Origin: Acidobacteriota bacterium
Lineage (GTDB): Bacteria; Acidobacteriota; Vicinamibacteria; Vicinamibacterales; UBA2999
DNA: 64,000 nucleotides
Assembly: GCA_018000455.1 (NCBI GenBank)
Contig: JAGNJW010000001.1
Span: 262,311-326,310 of the forward strand
Direction: 5' to 3'
In this document: one piece after another, positions 56,953 through 64,000 of the stretch
Position numbering within the stretch: the first letter of the stretch is position 1
How the letters are laid out: every line of letters starts with the position of its first letter
Made by a program: the position numbers and the translations under genes
The notes under the pieces: model-generated
Database searches by the model: none
Told to the model about the DNA's origin: nothing
Seen by the model: only the letters and a program-made list of their open reading frames with translations

Positions 56953-57876
56953 CCGCAGATTGCGAAACCCGCAAAGCGCAGATCGAAGGGCAGACCACGG
57001 GAGTCACGGTCACCTGCAACCCGGACAACACGATGGCCCTGGCCTCGGACAACGGACTGCCGAACCACGACATGATGCACGGCATCATCAACTGGATCGA
57101 CCGAGTCCCCGTGCCCTACCCGATCACCTGGACAGTACCCCTGGAGCCCGAGTTCCAGGATGCCATCACCAACAACCACCGGCATCGGCCCGAACGCGTT
57201 TGCCATCAACGGTGTTCCCATTTTTCACTACAGCACGGCTCCCGACCCGGACATCGACCCAAACCGAACCTATCGCGATACGGTCAAGGGGCAAGAGCTA
57301 GACGAGTGCGGAGGTCACTCGGGGCAAGGCGATGACTACCACTATCACCAAGCCCCTACGTGCGTGGTCGACGTGCTGCATCTTGACCAGCCCATCGCCT
57401 ACACCATTGACGGGGCTCCCGTGTTCTTCGGTGGCGCTCCCGCCTCGCCGGAACTAGCAGCCCGCAGCCTCGACGGCTACAACGCCCCTTCAGGCCTCGA
57501 CGAATGCAACGCCATGCGCCACGGTGATACGTGGATCTACTACACGACCGAGACGGTCCCCTACGTGGTCGGCTGCCACCACACGGCGGGCATCGACAAC
57601 GCCGGCTACAACGTGCGCTTGTTTCGCGATCAGAAGGTCGCAGATGCGCTCGGAAACCGCGTCGGCGAGGTCAATCCCGGCATCGGGCCGCTGAGAGCGG
57701 TAACTCGCGACGGCGACGTGTACGAACAGGTCTTCGAGCAAGATGGTACCACCCGGAGCATCCGCTACGAAGTGAGCGACGATGGCTCCATTCAGGTGAT
57801 CCACATGCGCTGGCTCGAAGGACAAGATGTCATCGACTCGCGAACGTATCAGCGACCGCTCCAGCGCTCTCGATGA
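56953..57876 (+). pseudogene. YHYH-domain protein, 5'-truncated and frameshifted
   Basis: Frame A reads VTVTCNPDNTMALASDNGLPNHDMMHGIINWIDRVPVPYPITWTVPLEPEFQDAITNN. Frame B (+1) reads TTGIGPNAFAINGVPIF...ECGGHSGQGDDYHYHQAP. The switch lies near 57150-57185 in the tract CAACAACCACC. There is no signal peptide or start codon for frame A. Confidence 0.7.
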
Positions 57877-57982
57877 ATGGGAGCCTGGCGGTCCGTCCTA
57901 CGATCAGTCGTGAGAACAGATCCATGACGTGGTCTGGACGTCGTGTCGTACCCTGTTGTGTATTTTCCGGCCCTCTCCGCAC

Positions 57983-58081
57983 CTGAACGGGATCGTTCGC
58001 GGCACGCGCGACGTGACCGCCGACACGGCGCTGTGGCTCGCGCAAGTCTTCAAGGCACCGCCGCAGTTCTGGATGCACATG
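57983..58081 (+). pseudogene. HigA-type antitoxin C-terminal remnant
   Basis: LNGIVRGTRDVTADTALWLAQVFKAPPQFWMHM matches the HigA pattern (l..iv.G.r.iTad.AlrLa..F.t.p.fWl.lQ). The N-terminal half of the HTH is missing and there is no partner toxin. Confidence 0.5.
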
Positions 58082-58177
58082 CGGGCAAGACGTCGACCTG
58101 AAGACGGCGATGGGTGCGCCAGCGCGCATTGACGCCTCAGGCCTTGCTGATGCTTCCTGTCTCCCGTGACGCGTCGG

Positions 58178-59548
58178 CTAGCGCGGTCCGGCGGCAGCGG
58201 TGACGTAGGTCAAGGCGCCATCACGTTCGACCTGCAGCACCACTGGCAGTTCTGGGCGCACCCGTGCCAGGCGCTCGGTCAGTTGGGCCGGTGTCGCCAC
58301 CGGGTCGCCGTTCACCGCCCGGATGATGTCGCCACGCGCCAGGCCGTCGCCGCGGGCGTCGCCGTCGAGGTGCAGGAACACCGCAACGCCGGTGACCGGC
58401 CGCTCGCCGGACTGCGCCCCAGGTGTACGGCCTTCGACCGGCAAGCCGATGATGCCGAGTGGTGCGACCACCTGACTCGTGAGCTCGACCAGGTCCGGCC
58501 GCGCGCACTCGTGATCGGGCACGGTGGCGGTGACGACGGTGGTGTGGGCGCGTCCGCCGCGTTCGATGGTAACCGGCACCTCGTCGCCGTCGTCGAGCGC
58601 CAGCAGATGCTGGGTGAACGAGGCGGTCGTCAGGTCCGCGAGCGACAGGCCGCCGATGGCGGTGACGAGATCGCCGGGTTGCAGCCCGGCCCGATCGGCC
58701 GGACCGCCGCGCGCCACATCCGCCACGAGCAGGCCCGGCGTGGTTCCGAGGCCGAGGCCGGCGCGCAGATCCGCGGAGACGGATTCGGTCGCCAGACCGA
58801 GACGGGCGCGATGCAGGTGACCGAAGGCGCCCAGATGCGGCACGGTCAGCGCGACGACGGCGGCTGGCACGGCGTAGCCGGCGCCGGCACGGCCGGTGGC
58901 CGGGCACGTCGTCATGCCCACGAGCGCCCCCACAGCGTCGACGAGCGGACCGCCGCAGGCCATCGCGTCCGCGCCGTCGCGGGTCTGAATCCAGGCGGTG
59001 GCCGCACCGGGTTCGACCGGCATGGCCACGGCGTCGACCGTGGTGGCCGTGACGCCTGGCAGCGCCCCGGCCGCACTGAGCGCGAACACGGCCTGCCCGT
59101 CCGCGAGGCCGCCTGATGCCAGTGGCAGGGGCGGCAACACATCAGACTCGATTGCCAACAACGCCACCCCGACCTCCGGGGCTATCCCGATGAGCCGTGC
59201 CGCGACGGTCCGCGCGGCCGCGGCGCCAGGCGCCGGCAGCACGACATCGACCCGCTCGGCGCCGACGAGCAGGTCACTCGACGTCACGATCAACCCGCCG
59301 TCGATGGCGAAGCCCGATCCGGAGATCTGCTGGTAACGCACGCGCGGGTCGGCGCCGTCGAGGCCGGCCACCGGACGATAGCCACGGGTCGTGACCCCGA
59401 CGACGCTGGCGGCGCGCTCCCTTCGGAGCTCGGCGAGGGCCGGCGCACTGAGCGGCAATGTCGCCGACGCGTCGGCGGCCGGTTGAGCCGCGAGCGGCGC
59501 GGCGATGGCGAGGGTCGTCACGAAGGTGAGAGTGAGTGGCGAACGCAT
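58178..59548 (-). CDS. HtrA/DegP-like trypsin-fold protein with two PDZ-like domains and a non-canonical (probably inactive) catalytic triad
   Basis: Signal peptide MRSPLTLTFVTTLAIAAPLAAQ. Fold motifs GSGFAIDGGLIVTSSDLL, VGVALLAIE and MACGGPLVD take the place of TN.HV, DLAVLKI and GNSGGPL. PDZ motifs present (GLLVADVARGGPADRAGLQPGDLV, GDGLARGDIIRAVNG). Confidence 0.75.
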   Translation of the reverse strand: MRSPLTLTFVTTLAIAAPLAAQPAADASATLPLSAPALAELRRERAASVVGVTTRGYRPVAGLDGADPRVRYQQISGSGFAIDGGLIVTSSDLLVGAERVDVVLPAPGAAAARTVAARLIGIAPEVGVALLAIESDVLPPLPLASGGLADGQAVFALSAAGALPGVTATTVDAVAMPVEPGAATAWIQTRDGADAMACGGPLVDAVGALVGMTTCPATGRAGAGYAVPAAVVALTVPHLGAFGHLHRARLGLATESVSADLRAGLGLGTTPGLLVADVARGGPADRAGLQPGDLVTAIGGLSLADLTTASFTQHLLALDDGDEVPVTIERGGRAHTTVVTATVPDHECARPDLVELTSQVVAPLGIIGLPVEGRTPGAQSGERPVTGVAVFLHLDGDARGDGLARGDIIRAVNGDPVATPAQLTERLARVRPELPVVLQVERDGALTYVTAAAGPR

Positions 59549-59637
59549 GGCGGTGGCAATCAGGAAAAGGCGGCGTGGCGTCGAGGGGTAAGACCGTGCC
59601 CCCCGCCCGCCGGCCGGTAAAGATTCGTCAACGGGCC

Positions 59638-60846
59638 TCACTCGTGACGCAAGGCATCGATCGGGTCGAGCTGCGCGGCCCGGCGGGCCGGCAGATAGCC
59701 GAACAGCACGCCCATGCCGGCGGAGAAGGCGAACGCCAGCAGGTTGATGGCCGGATCGAACAGGAACGGCACCTGCATGAGCGAGGCGAGATACATCGAC
59801 GCGCCGGCCGCCACGAGCAGGCCGATGACGCCGCCGATTGACGACAAGGTCACCGCTTCGACCAGGAACTGGAGCAGCACCTCGCGCTCGAGCGCGCCGA
59901 TCGCCAGGCGCGTGCCGATCTCGCGCGTCCGCTCGGTGATCGACACCAGCATGATGTTCATGATGCCGATGCCGCCGACCAGCAAACTCACGGCGGCGAC
60001 CGCGCCGAGCAGCGTCGTGAGGAGTTGCGTCGTGCCGGTCATGGTTTGGGCGATCTCGCGGGTATCGAGCACGTTGAAGTTGTCATCGACGCCCTCGCCG
60101 ATGTGGCGCCGTTCACGCATCAGCTGTTCGGCCGCCGCCTTGACCCGGTCGGTGTCCACGCCGTCGCGGACGGAGAGCTGGATCTGGCTGACCTCGTCGC
60201 TGCCGGTGATACGGCGCTGCAGCGTGCGTAGCGGCACCAGCACCGTGTCGTCCTGGTCGCGCCCCATCGACGCTTGGCCCTTCGACCTGAGCAGGCCGAT
60301 CACCTCGCACGAGAACTGCTTGACGCGGATGGTGTTGCCGACGGGATTGGTGACGCCGAAGAGCTTCGTCCGCACCGTCTCGCCAACGATGCAGACCGGC
60401 GCGCCAGACTTCTCTTCGGCTTCGGTGAAGGCGCGGCCGGAAGCGAGCGTCCAGTTGCCGACGGTCAGGTAGTCGGCGGTCGTGCCGGTGACGTTCGTCG
60501 TCCAGTTCTTCGCCATCGCCACGACGGTGACGCTCTGACTCATGCTCGGCGCCACCGCGCGCAGGCCGCTCAACTGCTCGCGCGCCGCGTTGGCGTCGGC
60601 GACCTTGAAGCGCGGCGCCGGCTGCCCTGCCGAGCCGGAGCCCCGCCCCTGACCGGGGCTGATGATCAGCAGATTGCTGCCCAGGCTGGCAATCTGCGCC
60701 GACACCGACTGCGTCGTGCCGTTGCCGAGCGTCACCATCGTGACCACAGCCGAGACGCCGATGACGACTCCCAGGATGGTGAGCGTCGACCGCATCACGT
60801 TGCGGCTGAGGCTCTTGAGCGCCATCAGGATCGTAGTCATGACCAT
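59638..60846 (-). CDS. MacB-type ABC transporter permease (MacB_PCD + FtsX domains)
   Basis: N-terminal TM, a large periplasmic domain, and a C-terminal FtsX 3-TM bundle (LVGGIGIMNIMLVSITERTREIGTRLAIGA). Confidence 0.9.
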   Translation of the reverse strand: MVMTTILMALKSLSRNVMRSTLTILGVVIGVSAVVTMVTLGNGTTQSVSAQIASLGSNLLIISPGQGRGSGSAGQPAPRFKVADANAAREQLSGLRAVAPSMSQSVTVVAMAKNWTTNVTGTTADYLTVGNWTLASGRAFTEAEEKSGAPVCIVGETVRTKLFGVTNPVGNTIRVKQFSCEVIGLLRSKGQASMGRDQDDTVLVPLRTLQRRITGSDEVSQIQLSVRDGVDTDRVKAAAEQLMRERRHIGEGVDDNFNVLDTREIAQTMTGTTQLLTTLLGAVAAVSLLVGGIGIMNIMLVSITERTREIGTRLAIGALEREVLLQFLVEAVTLSSIGGVIGLLVAAGASMYLASLMQVPFLFDPAINLLAFAFSAGMGVLFGYLPARRAAQLDPIDALRHE

Positions 60847-61598
60847 CAGTGCACCGGCTCCCTTCCAGTGTCTCGTGCCACCTGGCCATCCACGATCTGG
60901 ATGGTGCGGTCGGCAAGGGCGGCGACGTCGGGTTCGTGCGTCACCATCAGCACGGTGAGACCGCGGTCGCGGTTCAGCCCGGCGATCAGATCGAGAATCT
61001 CGCGGCCGCGGGCCGAGTCGAGGTTGCCGGTAGGCTCATCGGCGAACAGGACATCCGGATCGGCCACGAGCGCGCGGGCGATGGCGACGCGCTGCTGCTG
61101 CCCGCCCGAGAGCTCCGACGGTGTGTGCGTGGCCCAGCGCTCGAGGCCGACCAGCGCCAGCGCCTCCATCGCGCTCTGGCGGCGGGCCCGGCCGCGGACG
61201 CCTCGATAGAGCAGCGGCAGTTCCACGTTTTCGAGCGCGGACGTGCGCTTCAGCAGGTTGAACCCCTGAAAGACGAAGCCGAGATAGTGACGGCGCAGCA
61301 GCGCCCGCTGCGAGCGCGTCAGGCGCTCGACTTCGACGCCCCGGAAGCGATAGCTGCCCGAGGTCGGCGTGTCGAGACAGCCGAGGATGTTCATCAGCGT
61401 CGACTTGCCTGAGCCGCTCGGCCCGGTGATGGCCACGAACTCGCCACGCTGGATGGTGAGGCTGACGCCGCGCAAGGCCTGGAACGCGGCATCGCCCTGC
61501 CCGTAGGTCTTGACGACGCTGGTCAGCGCGATGATCGGCTCGGCCGCCGGCGCGACGGCGACTGGCGGCGCCGTCAGTTCCGTGCTGCTGAGGCTCAT
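60846..61598 (-). CDS. ABC transporter ATP-binding protein (MacB/LolD type)
   Basis: Walker A GPSGSGKST, LSGGQQQRVAIARAL, Walker B LFADEPTGNLD. ATG 61598 overlaps the upstream stop (ATGA). Confidence 0.9.
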   Translation of the reverse strand: MSLSSTELTAPPVAVAPAAEPIIALTSVVKTYGQGDAAFQALRGVSLTIQRGEFVAITGPSGSGKSTLMNILGCLDTPTSGSYRFRGVEVERLTRSQRALLRRHYLGFVFQGFNLLKRTSALENVELPLLYRGVRGRARRQSAMEALALVGLERWATHTPSELSGGQQQRVAIARALVADPDVLFADEPTGNLDSARGREILDLIAGLNRDRGLTVLMVTHEPDVAALADRTIQIVDGQVARDTGREPVH

Positions 61599-62884
61599 GA
61601 TCTGGCTCCTGTCGTCGCTTCGGTGATGACCTGGTCGCCCTCGGCGAGGGCACCGGCCAGCACCTCGGTGGCGCTGCCGTCGGTGACGCCCGTCGTGACC
61701 GCCACGGCTTGAGCGGCGCCGTTGCGCAGCACCCACACCGTGCTGGTGCCATCGGCCGGCGTCGTGGTGGCGACGCGGGTGGTGTTGTTGCGGGGCGGCC
61801 CGGGCATCAGGCTGCCGACGAAACCGCGGCCGCTGGCCGCGGCGGCCTCGGGCGTGTAGCGCAGCGCGGCGTTCGGCACCAGCAGGGCCGCGGTGACCGA
61901 GGCGGTGGCAATCTCGGCCGAGGCCGTCATGCCAGGACGCAAGCTCAGGTCGTCATTGGCAACCACCAGCACCGTCGCATACGAGACGACGTCGGCAGTG
62001 GTCGTGGCGCCGAAGGCCACGCGCGTCACGTGTGCGTCGTAGGTCCGGCCTGGATAGGCGTCGACCGAGAAGGTCGCGGTCTGCCCGTCGCCCACGCGGC
62101 CCACGTCGGCTTCGTCGACGGCGACTTCAAGTTCCATCTTGCGCAGGTCTTCGGCGATCGTGAACAGGGTCGCGACCTGCAGGGACGCGGCCACGGTCTG
62201 GCCGGGCTCGACCGACCGCTGCAGCACGATGCCGTCGATTGGCGAGCGGATCGACGCCTTGGCCAGGCTCGTGCTATCGGAGTTCAGCGTGGCGCGGGCT
62301 TCCGTCACCGCGGCCACCGCGCTCAGGCGGTCGGCGTCGGCGCGTGCCAGCGTCGCCTCGGCGGTGTCCATCTCGACCTTCGACGGCACCTTGCCGTTCG
62401 ACAGGCGCGACACCTCGCGCAGCCGCTCGATCGTGGCGGTCGCTTCACGCACGGTGGCGTCCGTCTGTGTCAGGCGCGCCTCGGCCGAGGCCAGCAAGGC
62501 TTCAGACCGCGTGATCTGATCCTGCAGGCGCGACGTGTCGAGGCGGGCCAGCACCTGGCCCTTCTTCACGACGGCGTTCTCGTCGACGAACACGGCGACG
62601 ACGAGACCCGAGAGCTCCGAGCCGACGTCGACGGTGTTGGTCGGCTGCAGCGTCCCGGTCGCCGAGACGTGCACGTGCAGGTCGCCGCGTTCGACCGAGG
62701 CGGTGAGGTACGCCGGCGCGTTGGCCGCCGGGCTCGTGGCCCGGACGTAGTACACGGTGAGGCCGGCGGCCGCGATCAGCGCGGCGACGACCAGCCAGGC
62801 GCCGAGGCGCCGGCTCCTGCTGCCGGTCGCTTCACCTGCCAGCAGGGCGGTCATGTCGTCGTGGGTGTCAGTTCTGGTGCTCAT
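61595..62884 (-). CDS. efflux periplasmic adaptor (MacA/HlyD family)
   Basis: N-terminal TM, then lipoyl/hairpin/beta-barrel pattern (TGTLQPTNTVDVGSELSG, coiled-coil region, DGIVL.RSVEPGQTV, V.VDAYPG). Confidence 0.85.
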   Translation of the reverse strand: MSTRTDTHDDMTALLAGEATGSRSRRLGAWLVVAALIAAAGLTVYYVRATSPAANAPAYLTASVERGDLHVHVSATGTLQPTNTVDVGSELSGLVVAVFVDENAVVKKGQVLARLDTSRLQDQITRSEALLASAEARLTQTDATVREATATIERLREVSRLSNGKVPSKVEMDTAEATLARADADRLSAVAAVTEARATLNSDSTSLAKASIRSPIDGIVLQRSVEPGQTVAASLQVATLFTIAEDLRKMELEVAVDEADVGRVGDGQTATFSVDAYPGRTYDAHVTRVAFGATTTADVVSYATVLVVANDDLSLRPGMTASAEIATASVTAALLVPNAALRYTPEAAAASGRGFVGSLMPGPPRNNTTRVATTTPADGTSTVWVLRNGAAQAVAVTTGVTDGSATEVLAGALAEGDQVITEATTGARS

Positions 62885-64000
62885 GATGTCGTCGTCTCCG
62901 TCGTCGCCGCGGGCGACCAGCCGCCGCCGAGCGCTCTGTAGAGCTGCACGAGCGCCGCCATCCGGTCACCGGTCGTGACCACGACGCTCTCCTGCACGCT
63001 GAGCACGGTGCGCTCGGTCGAGAGCACCGTCTGGAAGTCGATGAGGCCGGCCGCGTACTGCGTCCGCGCCAGGGTGGCGGCCGTGTCGGCGGCGGTGGCC
63101 GCCGCCTCGAGCGCGTTCAGGCGATCGCGGCTGCGCTCGAAGGCCACCAGCGCGCGTTCGACGTCTTCGAGCGCGGTGAGCACCGTGCCCTCGTAGGTGG
63201 CGACCGCCTGGGCCTGCACCGCGCCCTGGGCGGCAATCTGCTCGCGGATGCGGCCGCGGTCGAACAGCGGCTGGAAGAGGCTGCCGAGAATCGACGTCGC
63301 CACCGACGTGCCGGCGCTGCCGGCGCCCTTCAGTACCTCGGCGCCGACGCTGCCCGACAGCGCGAACGAGGGCAGCCGGCGGGCATCGGTCTGGGCCAGC
63401 CGCGCGGTCTCCGCCGCGAGGCGGCGTTCGGCCGCCTGCACGTCGGGCCGCTGCCGCAGCGTCTCGGCGGGAATGCCGAACGCCAGGCTCTCGGGCACCG
63501 CCGGCAGCGCGATGACGGCGGTGAGTTCCGCCACGAAGGCGCCGGGCTCGGCGCCGGCCAGCGTGGCCAGCCGATACATCGCCTGCCGCGCACTCGCCTC
63601 CAGCGTCGGGATGGCGGCCCGCGTCTGCTCGAGGTTGGCGCGTGCCTGTTCGACATCGAGCTCGGTGACGAGTCCGGCCTGTGCCCGGAAGCCGGTCAGC
63701 TCGAGCGTCTCGGCCTGGCTGGCGACGTTCCGCTCGGCCACATCGAGGCGCGCCTGCAGTGTCCGGAGTTCGAGATAAGTGGTCGCGACATCGGCGGCGA
63801 GCGACACGTGCGCGCCGGCGAGGTCGGCGGCCACGGCCTGCAGATCGGCGGTGGCGGCGTCGCGTCCCTTGCGGATGCCGCCGACGATGTCCGGCTCCCA
63901 GCTCGCGTCCAGACTGCCACCGTAAGAGCCGGTGTTGACGTTGACGATGCTGGTCTGGCCGTCGAGTCCGAGGGCGCGCTGGCCACTTCGCCGCGCCGTC
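62881..64000 (-). CDS. TolC/NodT-family outer membrane efflux protein (5' end outside window)
   Basis: OEP repeats (LDASWEPDIVGGIRKGRDAATADLQA, TTYLELRTLQARLDVAERN, VQLYRALGGGW). The reading frame stays open to the window edge. The stop overlaps the adaptor start (ATGA). Confidence 0.8.
   Translation of the reverse strand, partial: TARRSGQRALGLDGQTSIVNVNTGSYGGSLDASWEPDIVGGIRKGRDAATADLQAVAADLAGAHVSLAADVATTYLELRTLQARLDVAERNVASQAETLELTGFRAQAGLVTELDVEQARANLEQTRAAIPTLEASARQAMYRLATLAGAEPGAFVAELTAVIALPAVPESLAFGIPAETLRQRPDVQAAERRLAAETARLAQTDARRLPSFALSGSVGAEVLKGAGSAGTSVATSILGSLFQPLFDRGRIREQIAAQGAVQAQAVATYEGTVLTALEDVERALVAFERSRDRLNALEAAATAADTAATLARTQYAAGLIDFQTVLSTERTVLSVQESVVVTTGDRMAALVQLYRALGGGWSPAATTETTTS

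Noticed and set aside
59638-64000. The MacAB-TolC-type operon as the dedicated exporter/leader peptidase for the double-glycine peptide.
   Set aside because: No C39 peptidase domain is present in the ATPase or permease. The operon is ~11 kb away and separated from the cluster by gene debris. A link cannot be supported from sequence alone.

Overview
High-GC bacterial chromosome segment. The gene content (CarboxypepD_reg-type TonB-dependent receptors, CRTAC1/ASPIC protein, DUF5916, many Tat/Sec-exported hydrolases) suggests Acidobacteriota or Gemmatimonadota; this assignment is inference only. I found no tRNA, rRNA or CRISPR. Most of the window is ordinary accessory metabolism: a membrane multihaem cytochrome coupled to an FG-GAP/ASPIC protein, two TonB-dependent receptor-like genes flanking an oxidoreductase/YceI/amidohydrolase cassette, an S9 peptidase, a RIC di-iron protein with an ArsR-type regulator, glgP, a sugar ABC transporter operon, DAHP synthase, an M11-like metalloprotease, a CocE/NonD hydrolase, a SAM-I riboswitch-controlled Cys/Met PLP enzyme, a PQQ dehydrogenase and a MacAB-TolC-type efflux operon. 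The most interesting locus is 45.7-53.6 kb. There a 79-aa Nif11-like peptide with a textbook double-glycine leader (LSDADLRSIAGG) and an 8-residue core (RARRFADS) sits between a 504-aa orphan protein and two paralogous GT-B glycosyltransferases carrying a Cys4 zinc-ribbon insert. This unit lies divergent to a tightly overlapping GT2 / GT-A / methyltransferase / GT4 operon. I read the locus as a candidate, apparently undescribed, glycosylated RiPP pathway. The window also holds many gene remnants (IS110, USP, pgm, ABC exporter, gltS, GMC oxidoreductase, DUF1111, YHYH, HigA). Other oddities are an HtrA-like protein with all three catalytic residues replaced, and a perfect palindrome over the -35 element of the riboswitch promoter.
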